DNA of 63,966 nt, counting the filler, from Reclinomonas americana ATCC 50394 (taxonomy: Eukaryota): NCBI GenBank assembly GCA_048213135.1. It is 9 parts of 5 records of this genome, joined end to end, with 100 filler letters (N's around TTAATTAATTAA, not from the genome) between each part and the next. Parts side by side here need not be neighbours in the genome. Positions count along the whole stretch, not along the records: positions 1 to 16,895 come from PS015242.1; positions 16,996 to 30,839 come from PS015242.1; 7 more parts are not named here. One strand, 5' to 3'. The notes under the pieces were generated by a model. The model ran no database searches. It was not told the origin of the DNA and worked only from the letters and a program-made list of their open reading frames with translations. The number at the start of each line of letters is the position of its first letter. Positions within the stretch are counted from its first letter, which is position 1. Of this stretch, positions 11,936 to 28,705 are shown piece by piece. Made by a program: the position numbers and the translations under genes.

Positions 11936-13092
11936 TCACCACTGCGAACTGGGATCCGAGAGACAGCGGAAGAGCACGACCTCCGCCTCCTCCACGATAA
12001 AGCACCGCAGTACCATCTCCGGCAGGCACCTCGCCTCCACACCGTCATCCTCTTGCATCTCCGCCACCGCCTCCCTGGCCAATCGCGCATTGTGNNNNNN
12101 NNNNNNNNNNNNNNNNNNNNNNNNNNNNNNNNNNNNNNNNNNNNNNNNNNNNNNNNNNNNNNNNNNNAAGCTCACCGCGGGCCAGTCCGCACGGCGTCGA
12201 CCACACACGCACGATGCCGTCTTTACCACCGCTCACAATGTGCTGCCCGCAGCGCGAGACGGCAACAGAGAACACCAAATCCGTGTGTCCCTCGAGTCGC
12301 CGCACCACCTCGCCACTCGCCAGCGACCACACGCGCACCGTCATGTCAGCACTCCCGCTGACAACGTGCCGGCCATCGGGAGTGACGGCGACGCAGTACA
12401 CCGAGCCGGCGTGCACATCCAATCGCCGTACCTCGTCTCCACTCGCCAGCGACCACACTTGGATGGTACCGTCCCCGCTTGCACTCACCACGTGAACACC
12501 GTCGGGCGTGACAGCCACGGAGAACACCACGTCACTGTGCCCCTCCAACCGCTTCACCTCCTCACCACTCGCCAGCGACCACACACGAATCGTCATGTCT
12601 CGACTCGCACTCACCACGAACTGCCCGTCGGGAGTGACCGCCACACACAACACCGCCTCCCAGTGGCCCACCAGCTCTCGCACCTCACTCTCCACCGACC
12701 ACACCCGCACAATCGCGTCGCGCCCGCCACTCACCACGTGCCTCCCATCGTGAGTCACGGCGACTGCATGCACACTGTCCGTGTGCCCGATCAACCGTCG
12801 CACCTCGCGCCCACTGGCCAGCGACCACACGCGCACAGTGTCGTCCCTGCCCGCACTCACAATGTGTTGCGCGTNNNNNNNNNNNNNNNNNNNNGGGGGT
12901 GACGGCCACAGAGGCCACTGTCGATGTGTGTCCCTCCATGCGGTGCACCTCTGCTCCTGTCGCCAGTGACCACACGCGCACAGTCGAATCGTGACCGGCA
13001 CTGACAATGTGCTGCGCGTCGGGTGTGAAGGCGACAGAGAACACGGTCGCGGTGTGCCCCGAGAGACACTTGCAGATGGTGGTGGACGACAT
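11936..13092 (-). CDS. Apparently intronless WD40 protein (paralogue 2), two internal gaps
   Basis: Starts MSSTTICKCLSGHTATVFSVAFTPDAQHIVSAG, has the same repeat consensus, and ends in a near-identical tail (ARLAREAVAEMQEDDGVEARCLPEMVLRCFIVEEAEVVLFRCLSDPSSQW). Confidence 0.88.
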
Positions 13093-13739
13093 GTGAGAAA
13101 TCCTGTTATAAAGTGAAAATACGATCGGAGTCTAATATATCTATCACACTCCTCTCGTTTTTCACTTTCTTTTTCTGTTGAGTGTCTCTCTCGCTCGGGT
13201 CTTGCTTTAACCGAGGCTCGAAAAGAAACCAAGTGAACTCCCGTCATTGTGTTGACTCTGATGAAATAAAGGAAAAAAAGCGCGCGAAAACTTCAGTGGG
13301 ACGAGTCGACGTTTGCCGAGCGTGCAGTTGTCTTTTTTTTTGCGCAGTATTGGTGGCGAATCACTGTTGTGGTTCCTTGTGCGATTGAAGGAACTGGCAG
13401 GAGAGTGGGGGGCGAAGTGGTGAAGTGAAAGTGTCCGTTGCGTGTCCCGCGCGCGCTGTTTGTGCTCTTTCTCATTGTGAGAGAAGAGTGTGTGCTGATT
13501 AACGAGTTAGAGGTGAGCGTCTGTCTCTCTGTGGGTGTATGTGTGCTTGTGTGTGTTTGTGTGTCAGTGAATCTTTCATTTGTCTGTGTGAGCTCACACG
13601 TGTGCTTCGTTGAGAGAGAGAGAGAGAGAGAGCTTGTGTAACACTCGCGTGAGTGCCTGTGAGTGTGTGTGTGTGTGAAAACAAGCGCGATTTTGAGTTG
13701 TCTCTCTGTCACACGTTTTCTCTCACAATCCTCACTCAC

Positions 13740-14520
13740 TCATCTGCTGTTCACACTCTTCTGCTCTCCTCTCTCTCGTACGGTCACTTGTACACAATCA
13801 CATTCAATCCCACACTCATATGCTCTCTCTCTCTCTCTCCCACACAGTCACTCCCTCACACTCACTTCTCAGTCTCCAGTTGCTCATCGTCGGGTCTCAC
13901 ACAGCCCCTCTCTTCTTCACACTCTTCTGCTCTCCCCTCTCTGTCTCTGTCTCCTCTCTCAAATTCGTTTCTTGCTTGTCTCACTCATGCTTTCTGTTCT
14001 TCACACTCTCATCCTCACTCTGCGCTCTCACTCTCTCTCTCTCTCTCTCACACAGTCACTCCCTCACACTCACTTCTCTGTTTGAAGTTGCTCATCGTCG
14101 GGTCTCACACAGTACCTGTCTTCTTCATACTCTTCTGCTCTCCTCTCTCTGCCTCTGTCTCCTCTCTCAAATTCGTTTCATGCTTGTCTCTTGCTCACTC
14201 TTTCTATTCTTCACACTCAAATACTCGCACTGCTCTCTTTCTCTATCTCTCTCTCTCTGTCACTGTCACTTGCACACTGTCTCGATGACTCACCGACTCT
14301 CTCACTGTCTCCGTACACTCAGTCTCTCTCACTGGCTTCTGTATATCACTCAGTCCCTCTTTTCTTCACACTCTTCTGCTTTCCACTCTCTGCCTCTCTC
14401 TCGCTCGCTCGCTGTTGTCTGTCACTCACGGTCGCTCGCTTCGCTGTCTCCAGTTCCTCTCTTCTTCACACTCTTCTGTTCGCCTCTCTCTCTCGTTCTC
14501 TCTCTACTTCGCTCATCCGC
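13740..14520. repeat. CT-rich degenerate tandem repeat upstream of the UBX gene
   Basis: Recurring tcttcacactcttctgctctcc and gttgctcatcgtcgggtctcacacag blocks. Confidence 0.75.
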
Positions 14521-14639
14521 ACACCCTCCGTCTCGCACACACTCTTATTTACTCTCCCTGACACTTTCTTCTCTCTTCTCCCACACTCGCTCATTATCTG
14601 ACGATCCGCTTCTCCCGTCTCTTCCCTTTGACAGTCATC

Positions 14640-17613
14640 ATGCAACGCCGTCCTGCGCACATGGATGAGGACTCGCTGGTGGCCACCTTTATGAGCGCCT
14701 CGGGCATTGGCGATCCGGAGCTGGCGCGCGAGATTCTTCGTGCCACTGATTGGGATGTCGAGGTATGGTGGACTCTCCCTCCTTGCTGTTGTTGTTGTTC
14801 TTGTTGTTTTGTTCTGCATCTCCTCCTCCTCCTCCATCTTGCGTTGCAATTGTTTCGTTGTTGCTTGCATATCCTTGTCTTCCTCCTCTTGTCTCTCATT
14901 TTCTCCTCAACCATGCATTCTTTGCTCCCTTCTCTTCCTTCTCTTCCATCTCGTTCTTTTCTTTCTTCTCTTTCTTCTGTTCCTTCTCTTCCTTTCCATT
15001 TTCTTTTCTCTTCCATTTCTTCGTTTCCTTTTTTCTTTCTCTTGTCCTTCTTATCTTCCTTGCCATTCTTCTCGTTTTTCTCTTCTTTCCTTCTTCTCTT
15101 CCTTATCTTCCTTATCCTCCTTTTCTTCTCTTTCTTCTCTTTCTTCTCTTTCTTCTCTTCCTTCTGTATTCCTCTTTTTATGCTTCTTCTTGTTCTTCCT
15201 CTTTCTCTTGCACTCCTTTGCCTTCTTCCTTTTGCCTCCTTCCTTTTGCCTCCTTCCTTTTGCCTCCTTCCTTTTGCCTCTTCTAGTTTATCCTCTCATT
15301 CTTTCTCCTCCTCCGTTCCCCCTCCTCCCTCCCTCACCTCCTTCCCCTCCTTCCTCTCCCTACCTCCTTCTCCTCCTTCCCTCATTCTCCCCCCGTTCCC
15401 AGCGCGCCATCGCCTCCTTTGTGGAAGGTGACGCCTCACACTCGAGCGCACCACCACCTCCACCCTCGCGTCCACCTCCACGCCCCGCACAGCCACCGCC
15501 GCCGCAGCGTCGTCGCGGTCGCGAATCACCACCCTCCAACAGCCTGTACGATGACGACGACGACGATGACGTGGTCGATGATGCGAGAGTCGCGGACGAG
15601 GTGGCAGGCGGGAGGTACCGTGACGATCCGGCGAGTGGCGGAGGGGAGCAGAGCACGGCGGAGGCCGGTGGCAGTGGCAGTGGTGTGCTGGCCACGCTGA
15701 GCAATCTGCCCGGAGCCGGCGTCGTGTCGTTTGTGTGGAATCTGGGAAAGCGGGTGGTGTTTGGTCTAGGTAAGGGTTGTTGGAGAGGGGGAGGGGAGGG
15801 AAAGGGAAAGGGCTGGAAATGAGAGAATCGCAACGTCAGCATTGCACACCGTTTCTCCGTCACACGCTCGGTCGTCGAGCGTATAATGTTTCTTTCTGAC
15901 ACAAGCGGTGTGGTCACACATTTGGACGTCTTGTGTCCCTCTTTCTGTGTCTTCTCCTATTGCACGAGCGATCTGGGCCCCGCTCAGCTATTCGGACATC
16001 TTTAGTCGGCCTTTTCTCGCAGTGTTGTCTTCTGCGGTGCAATTCGTCTGGATACGCCTGCAGCTGTCGTTGCATTTGGTTTCACTCTATTTCCCTTCGT
16101 TTTCTCCAATTGCACATGCGTGCTGGGTACGAACAGCTCTTGGTGGAATTAGTTTTGCTCGTTTCTCTTCGATGCTCTCCGCTCGTACAAGTGCTCTGGG
16201 TGCACCTGCCTTCATGGGATACTCGCTTTCTGTACACATGTTGTGCGCACGCGCTCTGTAGACGCATTGAGTTTCTCTCCAACAATGCTCATTGCATCAT
16301 TCGAGGCGTTGAGCCTGGCAATGAAGGTTGGAATGCAAGCCTTCCACTGTGCAGTGCTCTGCGCGCCCTTTTTCGGTCTTCACTTTGCTTGATTGCACGA
16401 TGGACCACTTTTCTACTTCCGGTAGTTTCTGCTATTCACTCACATCCTCTCCTCTTCACAGGATCACTGTTGGCATGGCCCTTCTCCGGCGGCAGCCGAC
16501 CCGCAAATGTTTCATTCCGGCAGTTGCGTCGATAATCCAGCTCTTGCGCATCCGCTTCTCTTGTTCAACGCACCTCTGCGTCTTATCTCTCCTCTCTTCT
16601 CGCGACATTTGTCTCCCCTGCTCTCTCTCGACCTCCTTCCCTCTCTGAGCTCATTTCTCCCACCTTTTACCCACTTCTCACTTCCGTCTTCCGTTTTCCC
16701 CTCTATCGTCTCCATTCTCCTTCTCTCCATCCCTTTACCTGTCTCATCTCCCTTCCTCTCTTCCTCCCTTCCCTCTCCCCCTTTCCCCTTCCCCCCTTCC
16801 TCCCTTCCTCCCTTCCTCCCTTCCTCCCTTCCTTCCTTCCTCCCTTCCTCTCTTCCTCTCTTCCTCCCTTCCTCCCTTCCTCCCTTCCTCCCTTCNNNNN
16901 NNNNNNNNNNNNNNNNNNNNNNNNNNNNNNNNNNNNNNNTTAATTAATTAANNNNNNNNNNNNNNNNNNNNNNNNNNNNNNNNNNNNNNNNNNNNACTCG
17001 TCGTGTCGACGTTCCCGGCGCTCGCCGTCTGCACCGTGCACAACCAGAGCGTCAACGTCATCAAGAGGCACGAGGGCCCGCTCTCTGGCGACGCCATGCT
17101 GGAGATGCTATCGTCGTTGGTGGAGGAGCAGGAGGCGGTGGTGGCGGCGCATCATGCCGAGTCGTTGCGTTTGAGAGGGAGAAGGGGGAGAATGGGAGGA
17201 ACCGATTCGGTTGCTAATCTTTGTCGATTGCAGACATCAGCGCAACGAGCGACAGATTCTGCAGGCGGAGCAGGAGGAGGCGTACGCCCGTGCGGTGGCA
17301 CAGGATATGCAACGAGTTGCGCAGCGCTCTTGTTCTCTCTTTCCTCCCATTGTTGCTTCCTCTTGCAACCTCCCGCGTTCTTCTCTCGTGAATGCCCCGT
17401 TCCTCTCAGTCGCTTTACTGTCGTTCTCTCTCTCTCTCATCCCGCCTTCCCTCCTCTCATGCTGTCATTCCTTTTTCGCTCACCTCCTCCTGCACACATT
17501 TCTCTCGTGAACTTCCTGTCGTTTTTTCCTCGCTCTCGTCTTGCATTCTTTCCTCTCTCCCGTTGCTCATGCAATCATTCCTTCTCCTGCACCATTTCTC
17601 TCGTGAATGCCCT

Positions 17614-17657
<44 letters not shown>

Positions 17658-19654
17658 ACCTCCCTTCCCTCCTCTCCCGTTGCTCTTGCTGTCAGTCCTC
17701 TCCACTCACTTCCTCCACACTTTCTCTCTTGAATGCCCTCTCATTTCTCTCACTTAAGTCTTCTTTCCTCGCCTTCCCTCTCCCCCGTTGCTCGTGCTAT
17801 TTTTCCTTCGTCACTCACCTCCTTCGCCTTCCTTGTGAATGCCCTGTCATTTCTCTCTTGAATCTCCCTTCCTCGCCTTCCCTCCTCTCTCTCATTGCTC
17901 GTGATATCATTCCTTCTTCCTCTCCTTCCCTCTTTTCTCCGGTGCTCGTGCTATCATTCCTTTTCATTCACCTCCTGCACCCGTGCTCTCGTGAATTTCC
18001 TGTCATTTCTCTCTCTCTCTCTCTGACTCTCTTAATTCTCCCTTCCCCTTCACTTCCCTTCCTTCCCCTTCCCCTTCCCTTCCCTACTTCCCCCTTTCCC
18101 CTGACCCCGCTTCACAGCGACGAGCCGAGGAGCAAACGGCACGGGAGAGACAAGAGCGTGCGGAGCGCGAGGCCCGTGAGGCACGAGAGGCCGCCGAGCG
18201 CGCCGAAGCCGAGCAGCGCAGCAAGGAGGAGGCCAAGAGGCGCCGCTTGTCGGAGCGCGAACTCCGCGCACAGCGCCTGCCGCCAGAGCCGACGGCCGGC
18301 GCCGGTACGGCTGTGGTGCGCATTCGCCTGTTGGATGGCTCGCGGTTGGAGCGACGGTTCTCCGCCGCCGATCCTGTGCAGGTGAGTGGTGGGTGTTGGG
18401 CAAAGGGGATTGGTGGCTGTGATTGACGAGAGGTGCACAGGCCATCTACGACTATGTCGACGTGCACGCCAAGTATGAGATCTCGTTTGAGTTGGTGACG
18501 CCGCCGCCGAATCCAAAGGTGTGGGGGGAGGGAGGGGAGGGAGAGGGGGAGAGAGGGAGAGGGAGAGGGAGGGAGGGCAGGGAGGGAGGGGGAGAGAGAA
18601 GGGAGCTTCAGGAAGAATCATGAAAGAAAAAGGAGGATATGAGGGCGAGAGAGTGATTCATTCAGAGGAGTGGAAGTGTCAAGTGATACAGAGTAAGAAA
18701 TGCACGGACAAGGCGGCAACAAGAAACAGAGAATTTCAGAGTGAGCGATGTCGATGTAACACTCATTGAGAATGTGTGTGTGAGAGAGAGAAGAAGAAGC
18801 ATAACGCACGGAATAGATGGATGAAGAGAAATCAATTGTGGTATGTGTGTGGGAAAGGAAGGGATGAGTGGAACATTTAAGAGATGGAAATGCTCGTGAA
18901 GAAACGTTATGATGAGTGCATCATAAGAAGGGGAGTGATCTTGTAGCGAGAGCGAAGAAGAGGGGATATGCGACATGTGTGAGACTCGAAAGGAGTAATA
19001 AAGAGAGAGAGACACGACGGGAGTGTACGAGGAGAGAGAGAGAGAGAGAGAGTGAATCAGAGAAAGAGAGAGATACTCTACCTGGGTGAAAGAAAGAGAA
19101 ATCGCACAAGGGGGAAGCAGAGACAGCAAGATGTAGAGAAGCAGTGCACCCTCTCTTTCCCCTTTCATCACCCTTGCATCCCACGGAGTGATCTCACCAA
19201 GCTGTCGAAAAGAACATGAGAATGCTCACGCTCGAAGAGAGACTCAAAATGGGTGAAAGGAAGAGGGCGAATGGCGCGTGGGGGAGGAGAAACAGCATAA
19301 TGTCGAGAAGCAGTGCAACCTCTCTTTCCCCTTGTCCTTCCCCGCCCTTTCTCACTCTTGCATCCCACTGAGTGATCGCACCAAGATGTCGAAAAGAAGA
19401 GGAGAATGCTCACGCTCGAAGAGCGACTCAAAATGAGTGAGGGAACGAGAGCAGATGGCGCGTGGTGTGGAGAAACAGCAAGATGCGGAGAAGCAGTGCA
19501 ACCTCTCTTTCCCCTTTTCCTTTCCCCCCTTCCTCACTCTTTCATCCCACTGCAGGTGCTCGACGTGGCGCACTCGGTCGAGCAGGCCGGCCTCATGCCG
19601 CGCGTGCAGCTGATGGTTCGCGAAATCCTCTCCGACGCCGAAGATGGCAACTGA
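14640..19654 (+). CDS. UBA-like/UAS/coiled-coil/UBX protein (FAF1/FAF2-type p97 adaptor); exons 14640-14762, 15403-15769, 16462-16522, [gap], ~16996-17163, 17234-17315, 18118-18381, 18441-18518, 19556-19654
   Basis: N-terminal UBA-like segment (LVATFMSASGIGDPELAREILRATDWDVERAIASF), UAS C-terminal part (FPALAVC...VIKRHEG), EQEEAY coiled coil, and UBX domain (LPPEP...VVRIRLLDGSRLERRFSAADPVQAIYDYV...SVEQAGLMPRVQLMV). Confidence 0.9.
16940..16951. other. Artificial scaffold spacer TTAATTAATTAA (also 30884, 42052, 44671, 48551, 55736, 60268, 61840)
   Basis: Identical palindrome with stops in all six frames, always centred in an N run. Confidence 0.97.
17380..18010. repeat. Intronic degenerate tandem repeat (~110-150 bp)
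   Basis: Recurring tcgtgaatgccctgtcatttctctc core. Confidence 0.75.
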
Positions 19655-19763
19655 CAGCAACACCACGCTTTCCTCTCTTTCTCTCTCTCCTCTTACTCCA
19701 CCCAAGAGCGCATCGCGCGCACTCCCACATTGTAAAGAAATTCACGCCTTGTCACACGCTTTT

Positions 19764-24615
<4,852 letters not shown>

Positions 24616-25029
24616 TCTCTCTCGATACGAGGCAGTTTCTTGGTGTCCCGGACATACAGGAAGTGAAAACTTCTGTCGACAGAGAGACGCACGGCGTGGA
24701 TGGTGACAGCAACTGCGTGTGGTACTCGACATGAAGATACGATGCTTGCATATGCACAGGAAACTGTGGTCGCAATGAGAGAAAAACCATGACTTACGAA
24801 GTTTGAGAAGTTTGAGAAATTTTCGCGTTGTCTCTTACCGAGAGCAAACACCACACAAGGAACCTGCTGCTGCCTCAAGATTGGTGTCTGTGCTGATGTT
24901 TTGGATATGGTTGTTTTTGTTGCTAGTTTGTTGGTAAATAGATTACTGTTTCTCGATTTCAACCATTCTTGCTGTATTCCTCCCTTCCTTTCCCCCCACC
25001 CCCCTCTCCCCACCCCCCTTCCCCCTCCA

Positions 25030-25540
25030 TCACACCCCCCTCCCCACCTCATCCCCCCTCTCCACCTCCTCCTCCACCTTCGCCAACCCCCCCTGCAGCA
25101 CCTCCTGCAGCAGCTTCGGCGGCGACTGCACCATCGGCTGCGGATCCGCCAGCCGCCGCTCCAGCACCTCCACCAACTGCTCCACCTTGTCGGGACCCAC
25201 CAGCGGCGGCTCCAGCAGCTGGCCGTAGCGGAAGAGCATCACCGTCGGCGTCTCCTGCACCAGGTAGTCGGCGGCCAGAGTGACGAGGAAGTCCACATCG
25301 ACCTGTGCGAGAGGAAATTGATTCCCGGCATGCAGTCTTTGGACATTATTCTCCCTCTCTCCCTCTCTCATATACCTTGGCAAACTGCGCCACTCGGTGG
25401 TAGTTTTCCGCCACCGCAGTGAACTGCGGCGAGAACGCCTCCGAGACAGAGGACTGATTGGAGAACCACTCCACCACTGTAACTTTCGGTGACGAAATGT
25501 AGGTGTGGAAATCCTCCTGCGAGACAAACTGCTTGACCAT
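25030..25540 (-). CDS. Thioredoxin-fold protein lacking active-site cysteines; exons 25540-25376 and 25302-25030
   Basis: MVKQFVSQEDFHTYISSPKVTVVEWFSNQSSVSEAF...FAK|VDVD...VQETPTVMLFRYGQ has Trx topology with SxxS in place of CxxC. The 3' end is uncertain. Confidence 0.82.
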
Positions 25541-26479
25541 GGCTCCCCCCAGGATATCAATGTTAAGGTGCGCACGGAGGGGGACAGAGGAATCTCACAG
25601 AGGGGCACAGCAGTGGTGGTGGCGGTGATTGGAGTGAAGTTTCTTCCAGAGGAACAGCGGTCACAACAAACGGGGCTTTTCATTTGCAATCACTCTTGGT
25701 GAATACAAACAAGAGAAGAACGGACAGATACAATCGGATTACGGTTGTAACTGCTCCGTTCTTCTCTTCCAGAAACCTCAGTAAGCTGAACAGTACCTAT
25801 CACTGATGCAGTCACTGCGATGTGTCGCGAACAGTGATAGACTGCTGATATCGCAGTGTTTCACGAAACAGGATGGAGTGGCGTGGCTCTCTCGGCCCCT
25901 TGCAGGGATGAAAGCAGAGTCCTCCATGTTTGGTAAGTGTCATGATCATACGACAACCAGTATCGATATCGTTGAGAATATTGTTCACTTGTCCAGTCCT
26001 CTCTCCTTCAAGCACTCGTTTGCACTCTCTCACCTACTCGCTTTCTCACTCATCCATGCGGTCTCTCGCTTCAGTCTCGTGCGGGTACTTTCAATTGGTG
26101 ACATCAGTTGTCGTCATCCCCATCTGTCAGCAGGAGTGCAGCCAGCATCACCACGTGCACATGACACCGCCACTTCTCTGACTCGCACTCCCACAGTGAC
26201 AAGTGCTTTTACGTAACGCCGTGGAAGTGATGAATGAAACACTGTCGTCACCAGTGACACATCACCCGTTCACTCCCTTGTCCACTCTTCCCCTTCACTA
26301 CTCTTCCCCTTCCCCTTCTTCCCCTTCCCCTCCACACTCTCACAGTGACGAGTGCTTTTAAATTAACGCCGTGGAAGTGATGAATGAAACACTGTCGCTG
26401 TGTTCACTCTTCCCCTTTTATCCCTTCTCCTCTCTCCCTTCCCCACTCTCTCCCTTCTCCTCTCCCCCTTCTCCTCCCC

Positions 26480-27080
26480 TCAGCTCTGCTTCTCCATCAA
26501 CAAATGCACCAACTCGGACTTGTCGCGATACGTGCCCAGCTCGTCCTCCTTGACGCCCCACGTCTGCAGGTGATCCTTCAGCTCGTGCACGTGCATCGTC
26601 TGCGCCTCCTCCATGGTGATGTGGCGCCGATCAATCACCTTGCTGGCACCACTCATCTGCGGCTGCTGCTGCTGCTGCTGCTGTTGCTGTTGCTGTTGAG
26701 TCGCGTGTTGCTCGATCAGCGAGGTGAGACTGCCGAGGTTGCCGCCCTCAATCGTCTGCCCCAGCTGCCGGCCGCGCGCAAACAGAGTGAAGGTGGGCGT
26801 GACGGCCACGTTGTGCTGCGCCATCAGGTCGCGCAGGTCATTCACATTGGCCTGTGCAGAGCGAGAGGGTGGGTGAGTGACAAGCTGGAAGGAAGGTTGA
26901 GGTGGTGAGAATCAAAACCTTGGCAAAGATGACCTCGCGGAACCGATTGCTCAGCTGCTCCAGTTGCGAATCGAAACGAATGCAGGCGCCGCACGTTGGC
27001 GAGTACCACTCGATCAGCACCGGCTGCGTCGAGGAGATGAGGCTGTGAAAGTCGGGTGCTGTTTTGACTTCGCGAATCAT
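26480..27080 (-). CDS. Thioredoxin (CGAC) + polyQ linker + SAP/ARMET_C-like helical domain; exons 27080-26919 and 26851-26480
   Basis: VLIEWYSPTCGACIRF...FAK|ANVND...VAVTPTFTLF. The C-terminal HVHELKDHLQTWGV...DKSELVHLL matches the 'ELK.L...GV...EK.ELV' SAP-like pattern. Confidence 0.87.
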
Positions 27081-27379
27081 TTGTGTTTTTCGTGAGGGGT
27101 GTGTGCGCTCTCCCAAGTGATGTGCGACAGAGAATCAATAGACAGTGACGTCGTGCCACACAATCGAAACAGTGCGAGGATCGATTCTGGTTCTCGGAAA
27201 AACTGGTCTCATGATTGTCAGCGAAAGATTGAATCACACTGGTGCCGCTCACACTGGCAGTCACCATGCATGCGGACCCCCGAGCACTGCGATGTCGCAC
27301 AAATCACTCCTGCTGTCACGATACGTGCTGTTTGCAATTGACATCGGTGTTTTGAAGCTTTAAATTTTGTTGCTGGTGT

Positions 27380-27548
27380 ATTGGTGGTGGTTGTGGTTGT
27401 GATTGAAGTTGTGGTGGCGGTGGTGGTGGTGGTGGTGGTGGCGGCGGCGGTGCTGCTGCTGCTGCTGGTCACCATCGTGTTGTTGTGCTGCTGCCGCCGC
27501 CGCTGCTGCTGCTGCTTCTTATGCTGCTTTGGTGGCAATGCCGTCGTA

Positions 27549-27596
<48 letters not shown>

Positions 27597-27780
27597 GTTG
27601 TTGTTGTCTATGTCGCTGCCTGTTGTTTGGGGTGGTGGTGGTGATCGCATTGATGGTGGCGGTGATGCTGGTAGTGGTGGTGTTATTGTTGTTGTTGCTG
27701 TTGTTGTCGTCGTCGTCGTCGTCGTCGTTGTATTTGCTTTTTGTCGCTGTTGATGTCGTTGTGGTTGTAGTTAGTTTTTG
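27380..27780. repeat. Mosaic trinucleotide low-complexity tract (GGT, GCT, GTC, GTT)
   Basis: Directly visible. No consistent long spliceable frame was found. Confidence 0.85.
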
Positions 27781-28439
27781 ATGCTCTGGTGGTAGCATTG
27801 CTTGCATTCAAGCCACTCGACGTTTGCCCAACACTGCAAAGGTGTGAGTTTTACACAGGGCCAGCTGGCCGGTGTGCAAGCTGATGACATACTGGTGGCG
27901 GTGTGACAGAAGAAACAGTTTCTCAATGCTTGCTCCACTCACTGTTGACACGACCAACTGCCCCTCGTGTTGTATGCAGTTACAGCGATAGAAGTCTTCT
28001 GATCGTCACTGCTACAAAGCCTTCTTTCTGGCCTTGAGGCTCAATATCGACAGCTCACCCGAGAGGAAAAGCACACGGACCATGCTGGCGATCACTGGCT
28101 CTCTCTCTCTCTNNNNNNNNNNNNNNNNNNNNNNNNNNNNNNNNNNNNNNNNNNNNNNNNNNNNNNNNNNNNNNNNNNNNNNNNNNNNNNNNNNNNNNNN
28201 NNNNNNNNNNNNNNNNNNNNNNNNNNNNNNNNNNNNNNNNNNNNNNNNNNNNNNNNNNNNNNNNNNNNNNNNNNNNNNNNNNNNNNNNNNNNNNNNNNNN
28301 NNNNNNNNNNNNNNNNNNNNNNNNNNNNNNNNNNNNNNNNNNNNNNNNNNNNNNNNNNNNNNNNNNNNNNNNNNNNNNNNNNNNNNNNNNNNNNNNNNNN
28401 NNNNNNNNNNNNNNNNNNNNNNNNNGAAGAAGAAGAAGA

Positions 28440-28505
<66 letters not shown>

Positions 28506-28705
28506 AAGAGAGAGGGAAACGGGAGGAGTGACAAACAGAGACACAAAGTGTGTGAGAGAGAGTGGGCGATCCACATAAAATTGTGGACAGCTGAGCATGT
28601 GAATGGAGGAGGAGACAGAGTGAACAATGAGAAACAAGTGAATGAGTGAGCCAGGCAAGAGTGAGAGAGCGTCACAACGACTTGCATATCTTCACCTCAA
28701 CTCAC

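Noticed and set aside
15908-16261. GAPAFMGYSL as a possible UAS-domain exon of the UBX gene
   Set aside because: Weak resemblance, wrong order relative to the 16462 exon, and exons 15769 and 16462 already join in phase.
25813-26400. Hairpin at ~25813-25858 and a duplicated ~55-bp block with GTGATGA (~26192 and ~26341) as possible snoRNAs
   Set aside because: No convincing paired C/D boxes with a terminal stem; more simply explained as local duplication in intergenic or UTR sequence.
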